Assembly (NCBI RefSeq): GCF_036569185.1
Contig: NZ_DATCRD010000288.1
Span: 1,676 to 65,675, forward strand
Direction of reading: 5' to 3'
DNA length: 64,000 nucleotides
Origin: Chitinophaga sp.
GTDB taxonomy: Bacteria > Bacteroidota > Bacteroidia > Chitinophagales > Chitinophagaceae
Shown here: in pieces, positions 29,348 to 39,690 of the stretch
Layout: each line of letters starts with the position of its first letter
Position numbering within the stretch: position 1 is the first letter of the stretch
Made by a program: the position numbers and the translations under genes
Notes under the pieces: generated by a model
What the model saw: the letters and a program-made list of their open reading frames with translations, nothing else
What the model was told of the DNA's origin: nothing
Database searches by the model: none

Positions 29348-32194
29348 ATGAAAACTTTACTTCAGCTTCTCCGAAATACGATATTTATACTTTTGGTAAC
29401 TCTCCCTCTGGCAGGAAAAGCAGCCATTGAGATTAATGTTCAATATCCCAAAACCAACATTCTTTATGACGATAACCTCTACATTTCGGTATTTGTCTCC
29501 TCTACTTATGCATATCATACTGTAGAAGCTAGTGTTGGCGGAAGATCTGTAACCCTGACGGTTAACCCGATGCTAGGTAACTACTCGGGATATTTATCAT
29601 TAACCGGCTTGCCCCAGGGCCCCTCAACGTTAAGTATTTTCGTTAAAGACGTATTGGGGAACACACAAACCAAAAATAGCCCCTTTATTTTCAACAGTCT
29701 GCCTGTAGTTAAAATTGAAGCTCCCACCGCACACACCACATACCAATCCAAGATCCGTATAAAAGCATCCGTAAGCGATGTCGGAAGCGTAAATTGCTCT
29801 GGTATAATATCATCTCCGGCATCAATACCATCATTGACTATACACTTTATAAATAGCATTGATACATTAGTGGACATGTTTCCTGATAACGATTTTATTC
29901 CGTCAGTTACTATTTCGATTAGTGGGATAGACAGTGCAGGCCAGGTAAAATCGGTTGAGGTGCCCGTTCACCGTAATAACAGCAACGCGCTAAAGCCCTA
30001 TTTTACCTCCGACGGCGATATAATCGATTTTAAAGATACCAGGCTATTAATGACCACCACAGGAGAGAACGGTTTGACCTACTACAAAATAGTGAATATG
30101 GCGGACTCGTCGGTGGATTCCATCCGGTTGGGACCAAAACAAGATAAGATAAAATCAATTATCAAGGCCAAACTATGCCAGGGCGGGGCTGCGTTTGTCA
30201 TCTATTACAATACAGACAGCTCTATTACAGGAACACATATATATGTTTGGAAAAATGACTCGCTGATCAATATTTCCCAACCGCTTGGACTGTCTGCAGG
30301 GCTAAATGATATGCAAAGCGAAGGACAGTACCTGATGTGGCTGACCCAAAATGGCCCAATAGCCATAACAAATCTCAATACATTTAATACCAGCTTTACC
30401 GGTACTGGATCCTATGTAGTAAATACCAGCAACAAGCTAAGCAAAGATGGAGATATTGCCTATGTGGCATCAGCATCAACCAGTAATTATAATGTTTACA
30501 GATATTCAATCAGCAGCCAGGTAACCCAGCAGCTAACTACTACCAATATAAATACGCGTCCTGTTATCGACGGAAAATATACAGCTTATATAACAACTGT
30601 TGAAAATAGTGGTACAACTGTCTTTTATAATTATTTAAACGACGGAGTAAATACCTATAATCTCGGTAGAACACTAAGCTTCGCCGAGAACAGGATGTCA
30701 ATGAATAATGGCTATACGCTTTTTTTAAAGTCCGACAGTGCAAGCGGCTCGCAAACATGGCTTAGGTCTCCGGACGGTACATTGAAACAATTGAGTTACT
30801 TTAGCTATCCCAGCTATCCCGACGGAGTTGACTCCAGCGGAAGAAGCCTGTTCATTAATAACTGGAACAGATATTATGCAGATAGTCTGACTGGCTCCAA
30901 AATGGTTTGCGGAATAGGTGGTACAACCTATCTTCGCAACAATGAATTCTATCTGGCAATGGGAGGAACATTATTCAAGTATGATATTCCTTCCGCCACG
31001 TTCCTGCCGGCCCTGCTATCGTTTAGCCCCGATTCAGTTTCAACAGGAGATACTGTTACCATAAAGGGAAAGAATTTAATAGGTGTTAGTACTGTTAGCT
31101 TTGGAGGAACTCCCGCTACCTCCTTTTCAATGATATCTGATTCAGTGCTCACAGCGGTCGTTGGTGCCGGTACGTCTGGCGTTATAGCCATCAGCACGCC
31201 CGGCGGAACCGCTACTATACCTGGTTTCACCTATGTTCCACCTCCATCCATTACAGGCATGAGCCCAACTAGCGGGACTACCGGTACAACAATAACAATA
31301 ACAGGTACCAACTTTACAGGTACAACATCCGTTGCATTCGGAGATAGTGCTGTAACCTCTTTCGTGGTAAATTCACCCACCAGCATCATCGCTGTGGTAG
31401 GAGCAGGCGCAAGCGGAAATGTGTCCGTTACAACGCCAGGTGGTAAAGCAACACTCGATGGCTTTAATTTTATATTTACCTTACCGGCTGATAACTTTAA
31501 AATAACAAATACCAGTGCCAGCTGTAAAGGTTCTGCTAATGGTACGATTAATATTTCTGCCGTAAAAAAATTAAACTATACGGCAACTGTTACCGGCAAC
31601 GGCCAGAGCTCCACGCACACATTTACATCTGCCATTGATTTAAAAGATCTTTCAGCCGGTAGCTATAATATATGCTTAACCGTAGCCGGACAGCCGGGAT
31701 ATCAGCAATGCTTCACCTCTGTAATTGCCGAACCAAAAGATCTGTCAGTATACATGGCAATTAATAAGACACCCCGGCAAGTGGTATTATCATTGGACGG
31801 TGCAACGCAGTATCAGGTTACACTCAATGGGTCCACCATTACAACCAATAAAAGCGAATTAACACTCGCACTCAAAGAGGGTGTAAACACAGTTAGTGTT
31901 AGCACAGATAAATTATGTCAGGGCCAGATAACAAAGGAAATTATCATAAATGACGGCATGTCCATTTTCCCCAATCCATTCCTCAGCTCATTTACGATTA
32001 ATATTGGTAACAGTAATGTTAAAAGGCTACTGGTATCATTATTTAACACCGGGGGTAAAATTGTCTATTCCCGAAGCTATGCAAACCAATCCGGAAATAT
32101 ATCTATCAGTCTTCCTGATCTGAGCAGTGGCCTTTATATGCTTAAGTTATCCGCAGACAATAAGGAAAAAACGTTTAAACTATTGAAAAAGTAA
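29348..32194 (+). CDS. T9SS-secreted multidomain protein (Ig-like, beta-propeller-like, 2 IPT/TIG, SprB-like, type A CTD)
   Basis: Signal peptide. Two IPT/TIG repeats ('SFSPDSVSTGDTVTIKGKNL', 'MSPTSGTTGTTITITGTNF'). SprB-like 'SCKGSANGTINIS...LSAGSY'. CTD 'IFPNPF..SFTI...SLFNTGGK...LSSGLYMLKL...KTFKLLKK'. Confidence 0.88.
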   Translation: MKTLLQLLRNTIFILLVTLPLAGKAAIEINVQYPKTNILYDDNLYISVFVSSTYAYHTVEASVGGRSVTLTVNPMLGNYSGYLSLTGLPQGPSTLSIFVKDVLGNTQTKNSPFIFNSLPVVKIEAPTAHTTYQSKIRIKASVSDVGSVNCSGIISSPASIPSLTIHFINSIDTLVDMFPDNDFIPSVTISISGIDSAGQVKSVEVPVHRNNSNALKPYFTSDGDIIDFKDTRLLMTTTGENGLTYYKIVNMADSSVDSIRLGPKQDKIKSIIKAKLCQGGAAFVIYYNTDSSITGTHIYVWKNDSLINISQPLGLSAGLNDMQSEGQYLMWLTQNGPIAITNLNTFNTSFTGTGSYVVNTSNKLSKDGDIAYVASASTSNYNVYRYSISSQVTQQLTTTNINTRPVIDGKYTAYITTVENSGTTVFYNYLNDGVNTYNLGRTLSFAENRMSMNNGYTLFLKSDSASGSQTWLRSPDGTLKQLSYFSYPSYPDGVDSSGRSLFINNWNRYYADSLTGSKMVCGIGGTTYLRNNEFYLAMGGTLFKYDIPSATFLPALLSFSPDSVSTGDTVTIKGKNLIGVSTVSFGGTPATSFSMISDSVLTAVVGAGTSGVIAISTPGGTATIPGFTYVPPPSITGMSPTSGTTGTTITITGTNFTGTTSVAFGDSAVTSFVVNSPTSIIAVVGAGASGNVSVTTPGGKATLDGFNFIFTLPADNFKITNTSASCKGSANGTINISAVKKLNYTATVTGNGQSSTHTFTSAIDLKDLSAGSYNICLTVAGQPGYQQCFTSVIAEPKDLSVYMAINKTPRQVVLSLDGATQYQVTLNGSTITTNKSELTLALKEGVNTVSVSTDKLCQGQITKEIIINDGMSIFPNPFLSSFTINIGNSNVKRLLVSLFNTGGKIVYSRSYANQSGNISISLPDLSSGLYMLKLSADNKEKTFKLLKK

Positions 32195-32197
32195 AAA

Positions 32198-32872
32198 ATG
32201 AAGAAGATCGTTTTTCTATCGTTAATTATATCGTTAAATAGTTGCAGCAAAAAAGATAATGTGCCGGATCCGGGAAAAGCAACGCTGGTTTTTCCTGAAC
32301 AAAATGCTGCTTGCACCACCGGTAGCGTTATATCTGATACAGAAAGCTCGATTACATTTACATGGAATGCTTCAGATCATACAGATAGCTATGTACTAAA
32401 TATAAAAAATCTCTTAACCCAGCAAGTTACCAGCCGGGAAGTAATTACCAATAAGGCTACTGTTACATTGTTACGGAACGTTCCCTACTCATGGTTTGTA
32501 AAATCAATGAGCTCCGGTAACTCTGCAAGCACCGAAAGCAATATCTGGAAGTTTTACAACTCCGGCCCTGGTGTTACTTCTTATGCCCCGTTTCCAGCCG
32601 CCATCGTGTCGCCCACATTTGGTCAGAACATAACTGCCAGCAACACTGTTAATCTGAAATGGGCGGGTAGCGACGTGGACAATGATATTACGGCATATTC
32701 CGTTTATTTTGGCACCAACGCTACTCCTGCCCTGCTTAAAGATAATGTCACAGACATGTTTTTAAATGATGTCCCGGTTAATTCCAATATGGTTTATTAC
32801 TGGAAAATAATTACCCATGATGGAAAAGGCAACACTTCAGACTCAGGCACCTTCCAATTTAAGGTGAACTGA
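32198..32872 (+). CDS. Lipoprotein with two fibronectin-III-like beta-sandwich repeats
   Basis: Lipobox 'SLNSC'; repeats 'LVFPEQN...FTWNAS...YSWFVKS...WKFY' and 'IVSPTFG...LKWAG...YYWKII...FQFKV'. Starts 3 nt after the T9SS gene. Confidence 0.75.
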   Translation: MKKIVFLSLIISLNSCSKKDNVPDPGKATLVFPEQNAACTTGSVISDTESSITFTWNASDHTDSYVLNIKNLLTQQVTSREVITNKATVTLLRNVPYSWFVKSMSSGNSASTESNIWKFYNSGPGVTSYAPFPAAIVSPTFGQNITASNTVNLKWAGSDVDNDITAYSVYFGTNATPALLKDNVTDMFLNDVPVNSNMVYYWKIITHDGKGNTSDSGTFQFKVN

Positions 32873-33089
32873 AAACTTAACCGTCATAAATAATAACGAA
32901 TTACGGGGCTGTTCTGCCAACCAGCCACACCCAAAATCCGCAAAACAAACTGTTTTACCGGATCAAGAGAAATATTGCTTTATCTACCCTTCACAAACAA
33001 TTCCCACCATTCACGCTTCTCTCACAAAAACACACTATTTTACAACCTCCAAAAGACAGGCATATCTTATGACAAATACAGGCATTACG

Positions 33090-34238
33090 ATGAAAAAGCT
33101 CTATGGGCTTGATCATCTGAGGTCATTGGCAATACTGATGGTGTTGTTCTACCATTACCGCATGTTCCAGCACCCGGAATGGGTGGATAACATCATGAGC
33201 TTCGGATGGACGGGCGTGGACTTGTTCTTTGTTTTAAGCGGCTACCTCATCTCATACCCACTTTTCCAAAACATGGCCGCCGGGAAAAATATCTCCCTCC
33301 CTGAATTTTTTATCAAGCGTTTCTTCCGGATCATTCCCGCTTACCTGGTGGTACTCGCTATCTACTTCCTCTTTCCTGCCTTCCATGAAAGAGAGGCACT
33401 GCCCCCGCTCTGGAGGTTCCTTACTTTTACGCAGAACTTTGGCTTTGATATTAAAAACTTCGGCACCTTCTCGCATGTATGGTCGCTTTGCGTAGAAGAG
33501 CACTTTTACCTGCTGTTCCCGCTGGTACTGGCGGTATTACTGCGCTTTAACGCATGGAAAAAAGCAGGCTTCCTGCTGGCGGCGTTATTTATATTCGGCA
33601 TCGGTATCCGGTTATATTGCTGGTATACCTTAGTTGCTCCTCATACCGCGGAGGATAATTTTTTCATTATCTGGTATAAACACATTTACTATCCCACTTA
33701 CACCCGCCTGGATGGCTTGCTGGCCGGCGTTTCCATCGCCGCCTTGTTTGTATTCAAGCCGGCAGTAAAAAACAGGGTCACTGCACATGGAAACGTTATC
33801 CTGCTGCTGTCCCTTGCCGTGCTTACAGGCGCCTGGTTCCTGTGCGAGGACCAGGAGGATTTTTACGCTTCAGTATTCGGCTATCCCCTGGTGGCGGCCG
33901 GTTATGGGCTCATGGTAGTAGCGGCGGTAAGCCCTTCCTGCATATTGTACCGGTACGGCAGCCGGGTTACCGCTCTGGTAGCCAAACTCTCATTTGCGCT
34001 CTATTTGTCTCATAAAGGAGTGATCCACCTGGTACAGCCCCTGCTGGCCAAAACAGGACTGGATCCCAAAGGAACGCTCATGCTCATTGCCTGCCTGCTT
34101 GTTGCCGGGCTGGGCGCTTTTATCCTGAACCAGGCGGTAGAAGCCCCTTTCCTGCGGCTACGGCAGCGGGTGCTCGATCAACGGAAGAAAACCCTGCACA
34201 AAAAAATGATGATGATCACGAATGATTCAGCAGCTTAA
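33090..34238 (+). CDS. Acyltransferase family 3 (OafA/YrhL-like O-acyltransferase)
   Basis: Motifs 'LDHLRSLAIL', 'GVDLFFVLSGYLI', 'KRFFRIIPAY', 'WSLCVEEHFY' and 'SFALYLSH'. Confidence 0.92.
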   Translation: MKKLYGLDHLRSLAILMVLFYHYRMFQHPEWVDNIMSFGWTGVDLFFVLSGYLISYPLFQNMAAGKNISLPEFFIKRFFRIIPAYLVVLAIYFLFPAFHEREALPPLWRFLTFTQNFGFDIKNFGTFSHVWSLCVEEHFYLLFPLVLAVLLRFNAWKKAGFLLAALFIFGIGIRLYCWYTLVAPHTAEDNFFIIWYKHIYYPTYTRLDGLLAGVSIAALFVFKPAVKNRVTAHGNVILLLSLAVLTGAWFLCEDQEDFYASVFGYPLVAAGYGLMVVAAVSPSCILYRYGSRVTALVAKLSFALYLSHKGVIHLVQPLLAKTGLDPKGTLMLIACLLVAGLGAFILNQAVEAPFLRLRQRVLDQRKKTLHKKMMMITNDSAA

Positions 34239-34272
34239 CTTAACTTCACCTGGTTAAAAAGAGGAAAGACAT

Positions 34273-34764
34273 ATGAGTATTGAAAAAGCGATTCTTGCAG
34301 GTGGCTGTTTCTGGGGAGTGGAAGAACTGATCCGCCAACTGCCCGGGGTTATTTCTACCGTAGTGGGATACACCGGCGGCGATGTGCCCAACGCCACCTA
34401 CCGCAATCACGGCACCCATGCGGAAGGCATTGAAATTAAGTTTGATCCGGCAGTATTATCATACCGTTCACTCCTGGAATTTTTCTTCCAGATCCATGAT
34501 CCTACCACCCGGAACAGGCAGGGTAATGATATAGGAACCTCTTATCGCTCTGCTATCTTTTACCTGGACGAAACACAGCATCAAACAGCTGTTGCGTTAA
34601 TTGCCGAGCTCAATGCCTCCGGTAAATGGCCCGGTCCTATTGTAACAGAAGTGGTGCCGGCAACGGACTTCTGGAATGCCGAAGAGGAACACCAGGATTA
34701 CCTGCAGAAACATCCACACGGGTATACCTGTCACTTTGTGCGGCCCAACTGGAAACTGAACTAA
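34273..34764 (+). CDS. msrA: Peptide-methionine (S)-S-oxide reductase
   Basis: Motifs 'GGCFWG', 'GYTGG', '[21 protein letters not shown]' and 'AEEEHQDYL'. Confidence 0.97.
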   Translation: MSIEKAILAGGCFWGVEELIRQLPGVISTVVGYTGGDVPNATYRNHGTHAEGIEIKFDPAVLSYRSLLEFFFQIHDPTTRNRQGNDIGTSYRSAIFYLDETQHQTAVALIAELNASGKWPGPIVTEVVPATDFWNAEEEHQDYLQKHPHGYTCHFVRPNWKLN

Positions 34765-34768
34765 AATA

Positions 34769-34808
34769 AAAAAGGAGAAAATGAGCTTACCTTCATTTTC
34801 TCCTTTTT
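34769..34808. terminator. Bidirectional intrinsic terminator
   Basis: AAAAAGGAGAAAATGA-gcttacct-TCATTTTCTCCTTTTT between convergent genes. Confidence 0.8.
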
Positions 34809-34825
34809 AGTAAGATAAATAGTGA

Positions 34826-37210
34826 TCACTCCGATCTCAGGGATTTCACGGGGTTCATCATCGCTGCCTTTATTGATTGGAAACTTACGGTCAGCAAAGC
34901 GATTAACACCGCACCCCCGGCAGTAGCCGCAATGATCCACCAGGATATGCTGGTACGGTATTCATACCGCTGCAACCAGTTATTCATGAAATAATAAGCC
35001 AGTGGCACTGCAATCAGCAAGGCTATAAATACCAGCAGTATAAAATCCTTTGTCATCAGCCGCCACAAATTGAAAACAGAAGCGCCCAGAACTTTCCGTA
35101 CTCCCATCTCCTTCACCCGCTGCTCCGCCATAAAAGAGGCCATACCAAAAAGCCCGAGGCAACTGATGAAAATGGCCAGCACCGCGAAAAAGCTCGATAA
35201 CTTGCCAATACGCTGCTCTGCATCAAACTTCACCGCATAATCGTTATCAACAAAACTGTAAACAAAGGGAACGCCCGGGTTATATTTCCTAAAAACATTC
35301 TCTATCCGGGAAAGCGCATCTGCGGTGGTTTTTGCAGGATTGATCCTGACATCGATCACGTTGGCAGCGTTGTAATTAAGCGTAAAAACAGTGCGGAAAA
35401 CCGGCTGGTACGGCGATTCCATTACTATATCCTTTATAACGCCTATCACGTTAAAAGGCTTTCCATCTACCTTTACAATTTCTCCCACGGGGTCTTTAAG
35501 CCCCATAAATTTCACTGCCGATTCATTCAGGATCATAGCCGAAGAATCCGATGGGAAATCCCTTGAAAAATCTCGCCCTGAAAGTATCTGCCAGTTAATG
35601 GTTTTTCCGAAATCATGCGTAACGGTGATCGCCCCGAAATTTCCCTGGGCGCCCGGTTGCATACCTCTCCAGGTATAACCGTTGTTCACCGCATTGATCT
35701 CTGTCAGCAAACTGGAGGAATAAGCCATCTCCGTCACCGCACCCGAGGCCACCAGTTCATTTCTGATCACTTCAAAATTATCCTTCATCGCACCGGTTGA
35801 TACCGGGATAACTATCAATCCCTCTTTGCTGTAAGCTGTTGGGCGGTTCTTTGCAAAATGGATCTGCCGGAACACCACCATGGTACCAATAATTAGGATC
35901 ACCGATACAGTAAACTGGATCACCACAAGGGCCTTGCGTGGAATGGCCGCATAACGGCCCGCACGAAAAGTTCCTTTTAATACTTTAACCGGTTCAAAAG
36001 AAGATAAATACAAAGCCGGGTAACTGCCTGCCACCAGGCCGGTAAACAACATCACGGCAAATGCAGCAAGCCAGAACACAGGGCTGGCTACGGGCAAACT
36101 CACCTTCTTATCTGCCATCTCGTTAAACACGGGCAGCCCCAACTGTACCAATACCAGGGCGCCTATAAAACCAATCAGGGCCAGCAGCAGCGATTCGCTG
36201 AAAAACTGCGTCAACAGCTGGCTGCGGAAAGAACCTATCGCTTTCCGGATCCCTACTTCTTTTGCCCGCTTTTCCGAACGCGCGGTGCTCAGGTTCATGA
36301 AGTTAATGCAGGCCAGCAGCAACACGAACACTCCTATGATCCCGAAAAGCCATACAAACTGGATCCTGCCGCCTATATTCTTTCCATTTTTCCAATCGGC
36401 ATACAAATGCCACTTACTCATAGGATGAAGAAAAACCTCCGGCTTAAAGGCTGCATCTTCAGCCCTTACCTTATGCAGCTTCACATCTTTGATCTTGGCA
36501 GATACTTTTTCAAGGTCAGCATGATCCGCCAGCTGTGCATAGGTTTGTGTAAAATTAGACCGCCAGGGATTCTCCATTTCCTTTATCCATGGCTCACGCT
36601 GAAGAAACAGTTCCCAGGGCGCCATAAAGGCCAGTTCCCTGAATGCGGAGTTGTAGGGCAGATCTTCATATACGCCGGTCACTTTCACCATGGTACGGTT
36701 ATCCATTTTCACCAGCTTATCCAAAGGATCGGCATCACCGAACAATGCTTTAGCGGTGGATGCCGACAGCATCACAGATGCCGGGTCCTTTAACCCCGCG
36801 CGGGTACCTTTCAGCATTTTAAGCGTCAGCATCTCGGGAAAATCCGGTTCAAAGAAATTGCCTGTCTGGGAAATAGCATTATTGTTATATGCCAGCACAT
36901 GCTTATAAGGCCAGGAGCACATGATTACATACTTGAAATCGCTGCCGTATTTACTGCGGATCTCCTCTCCCAGCAGGTAAGGATTGGCCGTTTGGGTACC
37001 CTTTACGCCGTTGAAAGTCTGGTGCTGCATCACTGCCACAATACGGTCGTAATTCTCGTGGTTCTTACTGAATGTAAGCTCATCATGGATCCATAAACCG
37101 ATCAGCAGGGCTACCGCCATGCCGGTAGATAACCCCACAATGTTGATGAACGAAAAAGTTTTATTCTTGAGCAGGTTTCGCCACGCGATCCGGGCATGAC
37201 TTCTTAACAT
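34826..37210 (-). CDS. MacB/FtsX-like ABC transporter permease (duplicated)
   Basis: Motifs 'IAWRNLLKNKTFSFINIVGL', 'ACINFMNLSTARSEKRAKEVGIRKAIG', 'KEMGVRKVLGAS' and 'NPVKSLRSE'. Start taken at MLRSH. Confidence 0.93.
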   Translation of the reverse strand: MLRSHARIAWRNLLKNKTFSFINIVGLSTGMAVALLIGLWIHDELTFSKNHENYDRIVAVMQHQTFNGVKGTQTANPYLLGEEIRSKYGSDFKYVIMCSWPYKHVLAYNNNAISQTGNFFEPDFPEMLTLKMLKGTRAGLKDPASVMLSASTAKALFGDADPLDKLVKMDNRTMVKVTGVYEDLPYNSAFRELAFMAPWELFLQREPWIKEMENPWRSNFTQTYAQLADHADLEKVSAKIKDVKLHKVRAEDAAFKPEVFLHPMSKWHLYADWKNGKNIGGRIQFVWLFGIIGVFVLLLACINFMNLSTARSEKRAKEVGIRKAIGSFRSQLLTQFFSESLLLALIGFIGALVLVQLGLPVFNEMADKKVSLPVASPVFWLAAFAVMLFTGLVAGSYPALYLSSFEPVKVLKGTFRAGRYAAIPRKALVVIQFTVSVILIIGTMVVFRQIHFAKNRPTAYSKEGLIVIPVSTGAMKDNFEVIRNELVASGAVTEMAYSSSLLTEINAVNNGYTWRGMQPGAQGNFGAITVTHDFGKTINWQILSGRDFSRDFPSDSSAMILNESAVKFMGLKDPVGEIVKVDGKPFNVIGVIKDIVMESPYQPVFRTVFTLNYNAANVIDVRINPAKTTADALSRIENVFRKYNPGVPFVYSFVDNDYAVKFDAEQRIGKLSSFFAVLAIFISCLGLFGMASFMAEQRVKEMGVRKVLGASVFNLWRLMTKDFILLVFIALLIAVPLAYYFMNNWLQRYEYRTSISWWIIAATAGGAVLIALLTVSFQSIKAAMMNPVKSLRSE

Positions 37211-37506
37211 AGTTAACTGGTTTTTCCATGGGAAACAATAATATTGCCATACCTCCAAAACAGCTACAGTAGCCAATTCCGGGGACACTTCCGGGTAACA
37301 ATGTCCGTATATGAACACGTAATGTCTGAAATCGGACACATACCCGTTACAGCGATCAGGCCGGTCTACAATTTGTCCCAACGTTCCTACTAATATAAAT
37401 AAATATTACCCGGTCCTGTATGAGCTTTGCCCCTGTATTCACCACTTTTTAACCCGGTCTGTGATTTGTTGGACCAGGTATATTATTCACTTTTAAAATA
37501 CCGGTT

Positions 37507-37836
37507 ATGATTAATAAAGATGAATTAAACGAAAACGCTTTCAGCGAAGATGAAAATAACGAACAACCCGGAGAGCAAACAACAGAAGACCAGGATGCAG
37601 AAGTAAGTGAAGAAGAAAAAGAACTGCTGGAAGAAGCCTCTACCACAGATCCTACTTATTCCGAAGAACTACGGATGCGCGGCGCAAAAGTAGATAACAG
37701 GGATGATGACGGAGAGCCGCTAAACGAAGCTGATAGTCTTGATGTACCGGGCGCTGAGCTGGATGACGGCCAGGAGCAGATAGGCGCAGAAGATGAAGAA
37801 AACAATGAGTACAGCACTGATAAAAATGAACCTTAA
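37507..37836 (+). CDS. Highly acidic hypothetical protein
   Basis: 109 aa, D/E/N-rich, with a 'LDVPGAELDD.QEQIG.EDEENN' segment. Confidence 0.7.
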   Translation: MINKDELNENAFSEDENNEQPGEQTTEDQDAEVSEEEKELLEEASTTDPTYSEELRMRGAKVDNRDDDGEPLNEADSLDVPGAELDDGQEQIGAEDEENNEYSTDKNEP

Positions 37837-37846
37837 AAACACAGCC

Positions 37847-38851
37847 ATGAACGAAACTCATTTAATGGACCGGAGAACGGTTGTAACCGGCATCTGCGCC
37901 AGCCTGGCGATGGCCGTCATTGCACCTGTTGCCGGCGCTCAGACAACGCCGCGCAATAGCAAAGGCGCTGAAGGATTACAGGATCCCGTTTCCAGGTATC
38001 CCAAACCACCTTTTGAGGAACAGTCCCAACCCTGGCCGGGGCTTGCGGGAAAGATGCACCCGAAACCGGACCACGGCGAGAAAAGCTATAAAGGTTCCGG
38101 CCGCCTCAATGGCAGGAAAGCCCTGATCACGGGCGGCGACTCCGGTATGGGACGCGCAGCCGCTATTGCTTTTGCAAGGGAAGGCGCCGATGTAGCCATC
38201 AACTACTTCCCTTCGGAAGAGCCGGATGCACAGGAAGTAGTGGCACTGATCAAAGCAGAAGGCCGTAAGGCGGTTGCCATTCCCGGCGACCTCCGGGAAG
38301 AAACGTTTTGCCGGCAACTGGTATCAAAAGCAGTGGAAGGACTTGGCGGGCTCGATATCCTGGTCAATAATGCCGCCCGGCAGCAAACCAAACCATCCAT
38401 CGCCGATATCACCTCCGAGGATTTTGACGCCACTATGAAAACAAATATCTATGCGCCCTTCTGGATTATCAAAGCGGCATTGCCTCACCTGAAGCCCGGA
38501 GCCGTAATCATAGCCACTACCTCCGAACAGGCATACGATCCCTCACCGGATCTTTACGACTATGCGCAAACGAAAGCCGCTACTATGAATTATGTAAAAT
38601 CGCTCGCCAAACAACTTGGGCCCAAAGGCATACGGGTAAATGGCGTTGCGCCAGGCCCCATCTGGACGCCCCTGCAGGTGAGCGGAGGAGCCACTATGGA
38701 AAAGCTGAAGAAGTTCGGCGGACAAACACCATTGGGCCGGCCAGGGCAACCGGCAGAACTGGCATCTATATACGTTCAACTTGCAGCAACAGACGCCAGT
38801 TATGCAAACGGCCAGATCTACGGCGCCTCCGGCGGCGGCGGACAACCTTAA
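37847..38851 (+). CDS. SDR-family oxidoreductase (YghA/YdaD general-stress type) with N-terminal RR leader
   Basis: Motifs 'YPKPPFEEQ', 'PDHGEKSYKGSGRL', 'TGGDSGMGRA', catalytic 'YAQTK' and 'TPLGRPGQPAELA'. Confidence 0.92.
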   Translation: MNETHLMDRRTVVTGICASLAMAVIAPVAGAQTTPRNSKGAEGLQDPVSRYPKPPFEEQSQPWPGLAGKMHPKPDHGEKSYKGSGRLNGRKALITGGDSGMGRAAAIAFAREGADVAINYFPSEEPDAQEVVALIKAEGRKAVAIPGDLREETFCRQLVSKAVEGLGGLDILVNNAARQQTKPSIADITSEDFDATMKTNIYAPFWIIKAALPHLKPGAVIIATTSEQAYDPSPDLYDYAQTKAATMNYVKSLAKQLGPKGIRVNGVAPGPIWTPLQVSGGATMEKLKKFGGQTPLGRPGQPAELASIYVQLAATDASYANGQIYGASGGGGQP

Positions 38852-38871
38852 CCACTATAAATATTCTTAGT

Positions 38872-39060
38872 ATGCCATGGTATAATGGAGATTATCCCCC
38901 GTCTTATAAAAATCAACCGCCTAAACTCAGGGAAAAGGCAGTTGAAATTGCCAATAGATTATTGGAAAACGGCGCGGCAGAAGGCGTTGCAATTGCCACT
39001 GGATTAAAGCAGGCAAGGGAACTTCTAAAAAAAGAAAACAAAAAGGCTAAACAGGGCTGA
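38872..39060 (+). CDS. YdaT-like (DUF2188-associated N-terminal domain) small stress protein
   Basis: 'MPW...DYPPSYKN....REKAVEIAN.LL..G..E..AI' resembles the recalled N-terminus of Bacillus YdaT. Confidence 0.7.
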   Translation: MPWYNGDYPPSYKNQPPKLREKAVEIANRLLENGAAEGVAIATGLKQARELLKKENKKAKQG

Positions 39061-39072
39061 ACCGGGCTGCTA

Positions 39073-39486
39073 TTATTTAACGGCAGAAAAATGCAGCGTC
39101 AATTCAAGCCTTACCGGGCTTTCGTTTCCCCATGTTTCAACCCGTTTTAATACGAGGCTGTCCTTCGTCGACAGCAGTACCCGGTATTCATCTGTACGGT
39201 TACTGTTTCCTTCCGGCCCAAAGCTTAAAACACTGTCTTCTATCTCATAGTTACAAACTCTTGAATCCCCACCATTTAGGATGTTAAGCGTTTTGCTGTT
39301 ATTGAACTGCAGGAATTCCATATTACTGAAATCCTTAAACTTTACATAAGTAGTATCCGTTTTTGCATCCTTTACATGCAGCGCTTCCTTATACAAATGC
39401 CAGTTTTTATGTTGAATCAGTTTACTCTGATGTGTTGTACAACAAATGAAGATGCCTGCTGAAAGGAACAAAAGTGATTTTATCAT
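39073..39486 (-). CDS. Hypothetical lipoprotein, possibly lipocalin-like
   Basis: Lipobox-like 'GIFICC'; beta-rich body 'KNWHLY...YRVLLSTKDSLVLK'. Confidence 0.55.
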   Translation of the reverse strand: MIKSLLFLSAGIFICCTTHQSKLIQHKNWHLYKEALHVKDAKTDTTYVKFKDFSNMEFLQFNNSKTLNILNGGDSRVCNYEIEDSVLSFGPEGNSNRTDEYRVLLSTKDSLVLKRVETWGNESPVRLELTLHFSAVK

Positions 39487-39690
39487 TTTATAATTTTTCT
39501 GCTAATAATGCTTTCGGAAACTCATCCCTGAACGGATGAATATTCCATCATTCCAAATCTCCCTATTTTAAATGATTACTACAACACGAAATTGAAAGAA
39601 CCTATCATGAAACCGGTCTGTCCTGAATTTTTTTCACTTTATCTTGAAAAATTGACAGAAAAAATGACGAAAATTCCTGCAAAAACGGTC

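Noticed and set aside
34826-37210. Orphan ABC permease without ATPase as a novelty
   Set aside because: Stand-alone MacB-like permeases sharing a remote ATPase are common in Bacteroidota.
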